The notes under the pieces: model-generated
What the model was told of the DNA's origin: nothing
What the model saw: the letters and a program-made list of their open reading frames with translations, nothing else
Database searches by the model: none
Origin: Archaeoglobus fulgidus DSM 4304
Lineage (GTDB): Archaea > Halobacteriota > Archaeoglobi > Archaeoglobales > Archaeoglobaceae
NCBI RefSeq assembly: GCF_000008665.1
Contig: NC_000917.1
Span: 810,001 to 842,000 of the forward strand
Direction of reading: 5' to 3'
Length of the DNA: 32,000 nucleotides
Program-made: the position numbers and the translations under genes
Shown: in pieces, positions 16,603-26,786 of the stretch
Numbering within the stretch: position 1 is the stretch's first letter
How the letters are laid out: each line of letters begins with the position of its first letter

Positions 16603-16614
16603 AAAATAAATATG
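16603..16614 (-). promoter_or_regulatory. TATA-like box (ATATTTATTTTT on the minus strand) about 25 nt upstream of the M48 protease ATG
   Basis: This rests on sequence and spacing only. The spacing would imply a leaderless or near-leaderless transcript. Confidence 0.3.
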
Positions 16615-16685
16615 TTTCGTTTAACCTCCTTGATTCACCAAACTCAAATCCAAAATTATTAAAAATTTCCCTCCCCTTCAATTTT

Positions 16686-17105
16686 ATGGATGAGTTTGAG
16701 GGGCTTTTGAAAGCTGTTGGCTCTGCACCCTGGTACAAGCTAATCGGAATGGTTCCGAAGTTACAGGGAGACAGGGTTGTTGTAGAGATGGAGATTGATA
16801 GAAGCAAACATCTTCAGGCCCTCGGCACCACTCACGGTGGGGCAATTGCCAGTGTTCTCGATTCTGCCATTGGCCTGAACGTCAACAGAGAGGTGGTGAA
16901 GATGGGGAAAACTGCAGTGACAGCACAGCTCAACATTCACTACATCAGGCCCGTTACGGAGGGAAAGATTGTGGGAGTGGGAATGCCGATGCATATCGGC
17001 TCAAAGGTTACGGTTGGTTACGGAGAGGTGAGGAACGAGGAAGGAGAGCTTGTTGCTGCTGGCACTGCAACCTTCTACATAATCGACAGAAGGTTCAGGG
17101 ACTGA
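16686..17105 (+). CDS. PaaI/hotdog-fold thioesterase family protein
   Basis: From the internal ATG at 16686 the sequence reads MDEFEGLLKAVGSAPWYKLIGM...QALGTTHGGAIASVLDSAIG..., which is the PaaI pattern. The upstream 41 codons of the track ORF 16563.. cover the AT-rich promoter region and are unlikely to be coding. A TATA-like AAAATTATTAAAAATTT lies at 16652-16668. Confidence 0.75.
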   Translation: MDEFEGLLKAVGSAPWYKLIGMVPKLQGDRVVVEMEIDRSKHLQALGTTHGGAIASVLDSAIGLNVNREVVKMGKTAVTAQLNIHYIRPVTEGKIVGVGMPMHIGSKVTVGYGEVRNEEGELVAAGTATFYIIDRRFRD

Positions 17106-17857
17106 GCAACTCTCCCTTTACCTTTTGCAGATACTGGATAATTCCCTCCACGGCCTCAGCAAGAACCTTTGAGTTGTCGTAATTTTCAACGACTTCTTTC
17201 AGCCTTTCCCTTTCCCACTTCCTCATTTCTTCGGCCATCTCTACCATTTTTGGAAAGGCCCTGATTATGTTGTCAACGATGGTTATGTCAGCCATTCTTG
17301 CTGTCCTCGACAGGGGGTTGAGGTCAATGGCTATAACCTTCTTTCCGTGCCTCTTCAGAATCTCGCACCTGTCACCATCCTCCAAGGGCACAAGCACGAC
17401 GTCAGCGATGAGAATCCCCCTGCTGTCAACTATCCTTCTCGCCGACTCAAGGCCCTCAAGCACCGCATCTCCTGCAGCGAGAACCTCAATTCCGTGCTTT
17501 TCAAGGTAGCGTTTAATCTTCTCCACTCTCTCGGGGCTGTGGTGGAAAACGTTAATCTCCACCTTTGCATTTACGAGCTCTGCAAGCTTCCTCGTCTCTT
17601 CTGGAACGAGCACCGCTGTATTCCCATTAACGGAGATTACGGGATGCTTTGCCAGAAGCATTAAAGCGACTGCAGCTCTCTCTGCCTTCAGGGCGAAATC
17701 TCTCGTCTCCTCGCCGAGAATGTAGTCGAAAGCCTCCCCCCTTCCGTGGGCTATCAATCCCTGGCATCGCAGTAACTCCCAGCTCAACTCCCTCGACAAG
17801 CTTCTCCCTTGTTACCAGCGACGCGTATCTCGGATGGCTTTTCGGTATCTCCTTCAT
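17095..17857 (-). CDS. Archaeal phosphopantothenate synthetase (4-phosphopantoate--beta-alanine ligase, COG1701/DUF137), interrupted by an apparent single-nucleotide frameshift at about 17764
   Basis: The frame-A N-terminus is [31 protein letters not shown] (ATG 17857, in an ATGA overlap with the upstream HAD stop). Frame B continues QGLIAHGRGEAFDYILGEE...VISVNGN...AIDLNPLSRTA... to the stop at 17095. The total span of 763 nt equals 3n+1. Confidence 0.7.
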
Positions 17858-18486
17858 TGCTCCACCTCAAGGAAATCTGCCAGCTCTTTCAGGGACTCAA
17901 AAACGTAGTCTGCGTGCTGGATAAAAGACTTTGCCATCCCCCTGTTTCTATCTGTCAGTATCAGGGCGGTTTTTGCTCCCGCCGCCTTTCCCGATAGCAA
18001 GTCGAAAAGAAAGTCTCCAACCATCAAAGCCTTTGAGGGGCTGACGTCAAACATCCTCAAGGCGAGGTTCAAGGGCTCAGGAGAGGGTTTTGGCTCGGCA
18101 TCTTCCCTTCCGATGATAAAATCGAACTCGAAGCCGAGCCTCTCGGCAACTATTTCCGCACTTCTTCTGCTGTTCCTTGTAATGACTCCTTTTATGGCAT
18201 CAAGGCCGTTAACGAGCTCAACGGCGTAGTAGGCTGGCCTTGCCTCCATCGCACACCTAAGCTCATAGCTCTCAAGAACTCTGAGCATTTCCTGCCTTCT
18301 CTGAAGGTCCTTCTCATCCATTATGGACTCAAGGATGAACCTCCCCTCAATTCCAAGCTCTCTCCTTATCTCATCAAAGGGGATGTTGAGCTCGATAAGA
18401 GTTCCGTCAAGGTCGAAGGCAATTAGCTCAAATCTTGAGGACTCTCCTGAGCTTTCTGGCTTCCTCTGCTGGATTACCTGATGCAT
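17854..18486 (-). CDS. HAD-superfamily hydrolase (phosphatase, PGP-like)
   Basis: Motif I is FDLDGTL and motif IV is MVGDFLFD. A cap-like helical insert lies between them. The only in-frame start is the ATG at 18486, which overlaps the pyrF 3' end by 59 nt. Confidence 0.75.
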
Positions 18487-19057
18487 AAATTCCCCTCCCC
18501 ACTATAATTCCATCAGCATACTTCACAGCTTCGATGCTGCCTTTCTGTGCCCCAATTCCCGGGCAGAGTATCTCCATATCCCCCGCAGCTTTTCTTATCT
18601 CCCTCAGCCTCTCAATTCTTGTTGACGGAGCGATGAGGCCGTGACAGCCTGCTTCTTTGGCCTTCTCAACGATTTTCAGAGAAACTGCACTCATGAACTC
18701 CTCCCCTCCGGGGCTGCTGAGCTCCGTTACGGCATAAACCTTTCCCCCAAACTCCTCAGCCACTCTGCAAACCTCTCTAAGAGTGTCACTGCCAACAAAG
18801 CCGTGGACAATTACCGACTCGGCTGAGTTCTCGAAGGCAATTCTCGCGATGAGGGAGCTTGTGTAGGGGACGTCAGCAATCTTGAAATCCGCAATTACGG
18901 GTTTGATTTCGGAAAGTCGCTTCATTATCCCCACGCCAGCAGAAAGAACGAGAGGATAGTTGACCTTTATTCTGTCAACGTGTTCAGCAACTTTTTTGGC
19001 GATTTCCATCGCTTTTTCACCATCCATCACATCAAGAGCCAGTATGAGCTGTTTCAT
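18428..19057 (-). CDS. pyrF: Orotidine 5'-phosphate decarboxylase (PyrF)
   Basis: It reads [10 protein letters not shown]...ADFKIADVP...VHGFVG...GIGAQ...IVGRGI. The likely start is the ATG at 19057. The 32 upstream codons in the track ORF cover the divergent promoter region. Confidence 0.88.
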
Positions 19058-19158
19058 CAGAGTTTGTTGGACGGGAGTAAAAATTACTTTTTCCCCGGCA
19101 TTGATTTTCAAAGCCTTCCGGAGCAACAGCTTTATACCGTTCTGCACGACCATGCATA

Positions 19159-20403
19159 ATGGTCAGGGAAAAGGGGTTCTGGAAGAGGGAAAGGGTTGAT
19201 GAAGCCCTCTACAGGTTGCTAAAAAAAATTAAAGCTCTTGAAACTGAAGATGTTAGCGTTTATAACCTCCAAGGCCGTGTTCTGGCAGAGGATATTGTAG
19301 CGGGCTTCGATGTGCCGAAATTCAACAGGGCGGCGATGGATGGATACGCCGTCAAAGCCGAGGACACCTTCGGTGCATCCGTAAGCAACCCCATCATGCT
19401 CCAGCTTGCGGGAAGCGTTGAGATTGGAGAGGTGCCGAAGGTCGTGGTGGAGTCGGGAATGGCTGTCAGAATAATGACCGGGGCAATGATGCCCGAAGGC
19501 ACCAACGCTGTTGTAATGCTCGAACACACAAGGTTAAACGGCAACTTTGTTGAGGTTTTGAAGTCCGTAACGCCTATGAAAAACGTTTCGAGGGTGGGAG
19601 AGGACATAGCGGCGGGAGAGGTTGTGTTCAGGAAAGGGGAAATTCTGCAGCCTCAGGATGCCGGAGTGATTGCCTCACTGGGAATTGAAAGCGTCAGAGT
19701 TTACCGCAAACCGAGGGTGGCGGTTATCACCACCGGAAACGAGCTTGCGGAGGTTGGTGAGCCGCTTGAAGGGGCCAAAATCTACAACTCCAACAACCCG
19801 ATGATTTGCAATGCCCTTCTTGAGTTCGGTTTCGAGGCGATTTCCCTTGGAATTGCGAGGGATGATGAGGAGGAGCTGCGAAATAAGCTGCAGAAAGCTC
19901 TGGAATTTGATGCTGCTGTGATTACGGGTGGCACTTCTGTAGGAGCGAAGGACCTCGTTCCTGATGTTGTTGGCGAGTTTGGTGAGATTGTTTTCCATGG
20001 CGTTTCCATGAAACCCGGTATGCCCACTGGAGCTGCGGTTGTTGAGGGAAAGCCTGTTTTCATGCTTCCGGGCTCTCCTGCTGCTGCCCTGCTCGGCTTT
20101 TACACTTTCGCCATTCCTGCGCTTTACAGAATGATGAACGTCAGGATTATTGCGAGAAAGTGGAGCAGGCAGAAGGGTGTGCTGCAGGGCAGGATACCGT
20201 CGGAGATAGGAGTGAGGAGTAACGTAAGGGTTCTGTGGGAGGATGGGAAGGTTTATCCGATAAGAATTTCAGGGTCGGGGATTCTCAGCTCCTTTGTCAG
20301 GGCAAATGCCCTCTTGGTTGTTCCCGAGGATAAGGAGGGATACGAGGAGGGCGAGGAGGTGGAGGTTACCCTTCTGAGAGATGTAACAGAGGTGTTTGAA
20401 TGA
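19159..20403 (+). CDS. moeA: Molybdopterin molybdenum/tungsten transferase MoeA (paralogue 1)
   Basis: It carries [38 protein letters not shown] and MKPGMP. It is 414 aa. A TATA-like TTTATA at 19131-19136 lies about 25 nt upstream. Confidence 0.88.
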
Positions 20404-22364
20404 GGAAGGTTTTTCGTGATGTTGTGACAGTTGATGAAGCAAGGGGGCTTCTTTTCAATCACTTCAGCCCTCGCAGAAAGACTGAGGTCGTTCCGCTCCA
20501 CCTCGCAGCAGGAAGGGTTCTGGCAAAGGACGTTTACGCTTTAACGGATGTCCCCCCCTTCGATAGAGCGACGATGGACGGATATGCGGTAAGGGCTGAG
20601 GACACCTTTGAGGCCGAGGAGGATAGTCCAGTCACACTCAAAGTTGTTGGAACGGTGGAGGCGGGAAAGAGGCCTGAGTTGGAGGTTGAAAGCGGTAAGG
20701 CTGTGGAGATCGCAACGGGAGCTATGATGCCAAAGGGGGCCAATGCAGTTGTTATGGTGGAGTTCACGAGGAGAAGGGAGGACGAGATTGACATCTTCAA
20801 GCCTGTCTCTCCCGGAGAGAATGTAATGTACGCAGGAAGCGACGTGATGGCTGGTGAGCTTATAGCCAGAGAGGGGACAGAACTGACGCACAGGGAGATT
20901 GGCGTGATGGCTGCATGCGGAATAAGCGAGGTTGAGGTTTATTGCAGACCGAAGGTGGCGATAATCTCCACAGGCAATGAGCTTGTGAAGCCGGGAGAGA
21001 GGCTGGGAGAGGGAAAGATCTACGACGTGAACTCCTACAGCATTGCCGCTGCTGTGGAGGAGAACGGTGGTGAAGCAATTTTGATGGGCATTGCAAGGGA
21101 TAACGAGGAGGAGATGCGCAGCATTATAGCTAAAGCTTTAAGAGAAGCGGACATTGTCATAACGAGCGGGAGCACCTCCGCCGGAGCTGGAGACGTGATG
21201 TACCGCATTCTCGATGACTTTCATCCGGGAGTAATCGTTCACGGCATAGCCATAAAGCCCGGAAAGCCTGCTGTGATAGCGGTGAGTGATTCAAAGCCCA
21301 TTTTTGGACTGCCGGGTTATCCAACATCTGCAATGACGGTTTTTGAGGTGATCGTGGCTCCAATAATAAGGGAGCTTGCAGGAAGAAGGGAATCTTCGGG
21401 GGCAAAGGTGAGGGCAAGGCTCGCTATAAAGGTCTTCTCAGCTGAAGGAAGGAGAGAATATCTGCCGGTGAACGTTGTGGAGGGAGCTGAGGGATATTCT
21501 GCCTATCCGGTAAGCGGTTCTTACAGCGGGGCTGTCACAGCCTTTGCCTTCACCGACGGCTTTGTGGAGATTCCTGAAAATGTTGTGATGCTCGAAGAGG
21601 GCGATGAGGTTGAGGTGAAGCTCTTCAGCCATCTAAAGCCTGCAGATTTGATGATAATCGGGAGTCATTGCATTGGCGTTGACATCCTGCTCTCCCTTAT
21701 GCGGAAGAAAAAGCCCTACACAAGCAAGGTGGTAAACGTCGGCTCAACAGGAGGAATTCTTGCAGTAAAGAGGGGTGAGGCGGACATTGCGGGAACGCAT
21801 CTGCTTGATGAGAGCGGAGTTTACAACGAACCAATTGTAAGGAGATATGGTGTAAGGGATGCTGTGCTGGTCAAGGGCTACCTGAGGGAGCAGGGATTGA
21901 TTGTTGCAAAGGGGAATCCTAAAAGCATAACGGGCTTCGAAGACTTGCTAAGAGAAGACGTCACCTTCATCAACCGAAACAGGGGGAGTGGAACGAGGAT
22001 TCTGACCGACATGTACCTCAGAGAGGTTGCGGAGAGAAAGGGGCTGAGCTTTAACGAGCTCACAGCCTCCATTAAGGGATACAGCATTGAGGCGAAAACC
22101 CACACCTCCGTTGCAGTTGCAGTAGCAAGCGGAAAGGCTGATGTCGGGGTGGGGATAAGGAGCGTTGCCTCCCAGTACGGCCTTGACTTCATACCGCTGA
22201 GAAGCGAGGAGTACGATTTCCTGATAAGGAAAGACAGGCTGGAAAAGAAGGCAGTGAGGGACTTTCTGGAGTGCCTTACCTCAGAGGAATTTGCCAAGGA
22301 GCTTGAGAGGGTAGTGGGCCTGAGGGTTTACGAGAGAACGAGAGAGGTGATCGAAATCGATTAG
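20400..22364 (+). CDS. moeA: MoeA paralogue 2 fused to a C-terminal periplasmic-binding-protein-like (COG1910-type, putative oxyanion-binding) domain
   Basis: The N-terminal 410 aa or so repeat all the MoeA motifs (FDRATMDGYAV, STGNEL, TSGSTSAGAGD, IKPGKP). From about 21633 a second domain reads IIGSHCIGVDILL...VGSTGGILAVKRGEADIAGTHL...NRNRGSGTR... and resembles a PBP type 2 fold. The ATGA start overlaps paralogue 1. Confidence 0.8.
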   Translation: MRKVFRDVVTVDEARGLLFNHFSPRRKTEVVPLHLAAGRVLAKDVYALTDVPPFDRATMDGYAVRAEDTFEAEEDSPVTLKVVGTVEAGKRPELEVESGKAVEIATGAMMPKGANAVVMVEFTRRREDEIDIFKPVSPGENVMYAGSDVMAGELIAREGTELTHREIGVMAACGISEVEVYCRPKVAIISTGNELVKPGERLGEGKIYDVNSYSIAAAVEENGGEAILMGIARDNEEEMRSIIAKALREADIVITSGSTSAGAGDVMYRILDDFHPGVIVHGIAIKPGKPAVIAVSDSKPIFGLPGYPTSAMTVFEVIVAPIIRELAGRRESSGAKVRARLAIKVFSAEGRREYLPVNVVEGAEGYSAYPVSGSYSGAVTAFAFTDGFVEIPENVVMLEEGDEVEVKLFSHLKPADLMIIGSHCIGVDILLSLMRKKKPYTSKVVNVGSTGGILAVKRGEADIAGTHLLDESGVYNEPIVRRYGVRDAVLVKGYLREQGLIVAKGNPKSITGFEDLLREDVTFINRNRGSGTRILTDMYLREVAERKGLSFNELTASIKGYSIEAKTHTSVAVAVASGKADVGVGIRSVASQYGLDFIPLRSEEYDFLIRKDRLEKKAVRDFLECLTSEEFAKELERVVGLRVYERTREVIEID

Positions 22365-22405
22365 AACGGAAAAACGTTTTAAATCAGCTGATTAACTCGC
22401 CGAGT

Positions 22406-24406
22406 ATGAGATTACTCCTCGAACACGAATCCAAAGCTTTGCTCGAAAAGTATGGCATAAAGACTGCAAAGTGCATCTTCTGCGAAACAGAAGAGCAGGC
22501 TGTTAAAGCTGCGAAGGAAATCGGCTTTCCCGTTGTGATGAAGGTTGCAGGGAGGGAAATCATCCATAAAAGCGACGTTGGTGGAGTCATTCTTAACGTT
22601 AAATCGGAGGATGAGGTTAGGGAGGTTTTTCAAAGGCTGATGTCCATTCCAAAGGCTGAGGGAGTTAACATTCAGCCCCAGCTTGAGAAGGGGATCGAGG
22701 TTATTATTGGCGTTGCAGAGAACGAGCAGTTTGGAAGCGTTGCAATGTTTGGGCTTGGTGGTGTTTTTGTTGAGGTTCTGAAGGATGTCAGCTTCCGGCT
22801 TTTGCCCTTAACAAGGAGAGATGCGGAGGAGATGGTTAGGGAGGTTAAGGGGTATAAATTGTTGGAGGGTTACAGAGGGGTTAAGGGAGACGTTGGGGCT
22901 GTTGTTGATTTGCTGCTTAAGCTGAATGAGGTTGTTGAAAAGGAAGGAATAGTGGAGATGGACCTGAATCCTGTTTTTGTTTATGAGAGAGGAGCTGTTG
23001 TGGTGGATGCGAGGATAGTTGTTGGGGAGAGGAAGAGGTTTGAGATGGATGTTGGGGATATAAGCTTCTTTTTCAAAGCAAGGAGTGTGGCGGTTATTGG
23101 GGCCTCCACCAATCCGATAAAGGTCGGAAACTCCGTTGTAAGAAGCCTGATGTCGAACAAAAACCTGAGAATTTACCCGATAAACCCGAATGCCAGCGAA
23201 ATTCTCGGCCTGAAAGCCTATCCCTCAGTTAAGTCCCTTCCAGAGGTACCGGACATAGCAATTGTAACCGTTCCCGCCGAGTTCGTTCTTGACGCTGTAA
23301 GGGAAGCCGCAGAGGCTGGAGTGAAGGGAGTGGTAATAATCTCATCCGGCTTTAAGGAGGCAGAGGTTGAGGAGGGGAAAGTTAGGGAGGAGAGGCTGAG
23401 AGAAATTGCCAGAAAGTACGGAATAAGAATTGTAGGGCCCAACACATTTGGTATTGTGAGTGTAGTGGGCGGCATCAACGCGAGCTTTACTCCAATGTTC
23501 AGTGAGGTGAAAAAGGGCAGAATAGCGCTGGTTTCGCAGAGCGGTGGGATATGCCACTACATAATCCACAAGTTCAGGGATTCTGGGTTCAGCCATATCC
23601 TGCATCTGGGAAACAGATGCGACGTTGATTTTCCCGATGTAATGAGGTTTCTAAGGGAAGATGAAAACACCGACGTAGTTGCGGTGTATGTTGAGGGAAT
23701 CGACAACGGGAGAGGGCTCTTCGAGGAGCTAAAGAGGCTTTGCAGTGAGAAGAAAGTTGTGGTGATGAAGTCCGGAAGGAGCAGCGTTGCTGACAAAGCA
23801 TCTGTAAGCCACACGGGCAGCATGGCGGGAGATTACAGAGTCTTCGCTTCAGCGATGAAGCAGGCTGGCGCAGTGGTGGTTGAAACTCCGACGGAGCTTA
23901 TTGACACAGCAATCGCAATGGAAAAGTTTGAAGTCAGTGGTGGGGTGGCTGTTTTAACAATACAGGCCGGTCTTGGAATCGTTGCGGCTGACATCATCGA
24001 AAGCAGCGGGGGGAGATTGGCAAGGTTTGGAGAGGAGACGGTAAGGAAGCTGAAGAGCCTGCTACCCCCCATAACCTTAAGGGAGAACCCCGTTGACCTG
24101 TCTTTCAGCGGTCTCAACCTAAAGGTGTTCGCGGAGGTAATCGATACGGTGTGCAGGGATGATGACGTGGGGCTGGTTATGTTTCTCTACGCAGTTGCAC
24201 CCCCAAGCTGGGTTCTGCCGGCAGAGGTCATATCCCAGATTATGGGCAGAATAACAAAACCATCCATTCTCGGCTACTCCTCAACTCCCGAAAACTACGC
24301 AGAGATTAAGGAGGCGCTCAAGGGGTCTAAAACGCTAATCTTTGACTCGGTCGAGAGGGCTGCAAAGGTTGCCGCAATTCTATCAGAGAAACGAAACTAT
24401 TTTTAA
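22406..24406 (+). CDS. ADP-forming acetyl-CoA (acyl-CoA) synthetase, single polypeptide with an N-terminal ATP-grasp (beta) part followed by a CoA-binding/ligase (alpha) part
   Basis: The N-terminus [15 protein letters not shown]...[21 protein letters not shown] is ATP-grasp. From about 23080 the sequence [18 protein letters not shown] is CoA-binding. The phosphohistidine-loop-like [11 protein letters not shown] is also present. It is 666 aa. Confidence 0.85.
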
Positions 24407-24428
24407 TTTCACCCTTCATTTCTGGTTG

Positions 24429-25301
24429 ATGCTGTACGTTTATATGGATGGTGAGTTCGTACCGGAAAATGAAGCGAAGGTGAGCATCTTCGACCACGGC
24501 TTTCTTTACGGGGATGGCGTTTTTGAGGGGATAAGGGCCTACAACGGGAGAGTCTTCAGGTTAAAAGAGCACATAGACCGGCTTTACGATTCGGCAAAGG
24601 CCATCGACCTCGAAATACCAATAACAAAGGAGGAGTTCATGGAGATAATCCTGGAAACGCTCAGGAAAAACAACCTCAGAGATGCTTACATCAGACCAAT
24701 AGTGACGAGGGGGATTGGAGACCTCGGGCTTGATCCGAGAAAGTGCCAGAATCCGTCGATAATAGTCATAACAAAGCCGTGGGGGAAGCTCTACGGGGAC
24801 CTCTACGAGAAGGGGCTTACGGCGATCACCGTTGCCGTGAGAAGGAACTCCTTCGACGCGCTCCCGCCAAACATAAAGTCGCTCAACTACCTGAACAACA
24901 TTCTGGCAAAGATAGAGGCAAACGCTAAGGGAGGGGACGAGGCCATATTCCTCGACAGAAACGGCTACGTTTCGGAGGGGAGCGGAGACAACATTTTCGT
25001 GGTGAAAAATGGAGCTATCACAACCCCACCGACGATAAACAACCTGAGGGGAATTACGAGGGAAGCTGTGATAGAGATAATAAACAGGTTAGGAATACCC
25101 TTCAAGGAGACGAACATAGGCCTCTACGACCTCTACACGGCAGACGAGGTTTTCGTAACCGGCACCGCTGCTGAAATTGCGCCTATTGTTGTTATCGACG
25201 GCAGAAAAATCGGAGACGGAAAGCCCGGAGAGATTACGAGAAAGCTAATGGAGGAGTTCAGCAAGCTCACCGAAAGCGAAGGCGTACCAATATATGAGTG
25301 A
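24429..25301 (+). CDS. ilvE: Branched-chain amino acid aminotransferase (class IV, IlvE)
   Basis: It reads [38 protein letters not shown]...[10 protein letters not shown]...GITR.... The track ORF start at 24342 overlaps the ACD 3' end and is not homologue-like. Confidence 0.9.
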
Positions 25302-25809
25302 TGTTCTGATTACCCTGAGCGTCGAACTGGAGGACAGGCCGGGCCAGCTGCTGAAAGTTCTACAGCCCATCTCAGGGATGGGGGGAAACATAGTCGGAAT
25401 AGTCCACCAGAGAGGAAAAAAGACACCTCTGAACAGACTTCCCGTAGAGATTTCTTTCAAAATGGACAGCGAGAAAGTGCAGAAGCTGATAGACGAGCTG
25501 AAATCGCTTGGAATAATAATAAGGAGCTTCAATGAGGTTAGGCTTACGGCAACGACGTCGGTTCTTCTGATTGGCCATTTAATACACACCGACATCAGCG
25601 ACACGATAAGCAGCATAGACGTTGATGGTGAGGCTGAGTGTGTGGAGATGCACGTCAGCATGCCTGAGATATCCGGCCCCTCGACTGCAATAATAACGAT
25701 CTCCGCCTCGGGAAAGGAGAAGCTGAAGGAGGCGGTGGAAAAGCTTAAGGAGGTCTGCAGAAAGAAGGAAATAATTCTGATTGAGCCGGTCAACGAGGAG
25801 CTTGTATGA
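25294..25809 (+). CDS. ACT-domain protein (likely a regulatory partner of the aspartate-pathway enzymes)
   Basis: [36 protein letters not shown] is a typical ACT beta-alpha-beta start. It is 171 aa. It overlaps ilvE by 8 nt and hom by 4 nt. Confidence 0.65.
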
Positions 25810-26786
25810 TAAAGATAGCCATCGTGGGATTCGGAACTGTCGGACAGGGGGTTGCCGAGCTTTTAATCAGGAAAAGGGAGGAGATTGAGAAGGCCATCGG
25901 TGAGTTCAAAGTTACGGCGGTTGCAGACTCCAAGAGCTCGATAAGCGGGGACTTCAGCTTAGTTGAAGCGCTGAGAATGAAACGAGAGACCGGAATGCTT
26001 AGGGATGATGCAAAGGCCATCGAGGTTGTGAGGAGCGCTGACTACGACGTGCTGATTGAGGCGAGCGTGACGAGAGTTGACGGAGGAGAGGGGGTGAATT
26101 ACATTCGCGAAGCTCTCAAGAGGGGCAAGCACGTAGTAACCTCCAACAAGGGCCCGCTCGTTGCCGAATTCCACGGTCTGATGAGCCTCGCAGAAAGAAA
26201 CGGAGTAAGGCTAATGTACGAAGCAACGGTGGGAGGGGCGATGCCCGTCGTAAAGCTGGCCAAAAGGTACCTTGCCCTCTGCGAGATAGAGAGCGTAAAG
26301 GGGATATTCAACGGGACTTGCAACTACATCCTCTCGAGAATGGAAGAGGAAAGGCTCCCCTACGAGCATATTCTCAAGGAGGCGCAGGAGCTCGGCTATG
26401 CCGAAGCTGACCCGAGCTACGACGTTGAGGGGATAGATGCAGCGCTTAAGCTCGTGATAATTGCGAACACGATAGGTGTTAAAGCTAGTTACGAGGACGT
26501 TGAGGTTACGGGGATAACCCAGATAACTCCTGAGGCTTTTCAGGTTGCTGCCGAGAAGGGATACACCATCAGGCTAATTGCAGAGGTTAGCAGAGAAAAG
26601 CTAAAGGTCTCCCCCAGACTCGTGCCGTTCCACCACCCCCTTGCAATCAAAGGGACAATGAACGCAGCCATGTTCAAAACAGATACAGCAGGAAGCATCT
26701 TCGTGGCGGGAAGGGGAGCAGGAAAGGAGGAGACCGCCTCAGCGATACTGTCAGACCTGTACGAGATCTATGCTGGACCTCGCTAA
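25806..26786 (+). CDS. hom: Homoserine dehydrogenase
   Basis: It carries IAIVGFGTVGQGV (Rossmann), VVTSNKGPL, YEATVGGAMP and GYAEADPSYDVEG. It is 326 aa. Confidence 0.9.
   Translation: MIKIAIVGFGTVGQGVAELLIRKREEIEKAIGEFKVTAVADSKSSISGDFSLVEALRMKRETGMLRDDAKAIEVVRSADYDVLIEASVTRVDGGEGVNYIREALKRGKHVVTSNKGPLVAEFHGLMSLAERNGVRLMYEATVGGAMPVVKLAKRYLALCEIESVKGIFNGTCNYILSRMEEERLPYEHILKEAQELGYAEADPSYDVEGIDAALKLVIIANTIGVKASYEDVEVTGITQITPEAFQVAAEKGYTIRLIAEVSREKLKVSPRLVPFHHPLAIKGTMNAAMFKTDTAGSIFVAGRGAGKEETASAILSDLYEIYAGPR

Noticed and set aside
14976-16625. Possible flanking direct repeats (att-like) for the AT-rich island: AAATGTTTGTGT near 14977 versus ATATGTTTCGTT near 16609.
   Set aside because: Only about 8 of 12 positions match, which is indistinguishable from chance in AT-rich DNA. 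No integrase or tRNA target is nearby.
16334-16807. A 157-aa minus-strand ORF spanning the M48 5' end, the intergenic promoter region and the thioesterase 5' end.
   Set aside because: It overlaps two better-supported genes and an AT-rich promoter region. It has no motif and its composition is heterogeneous.
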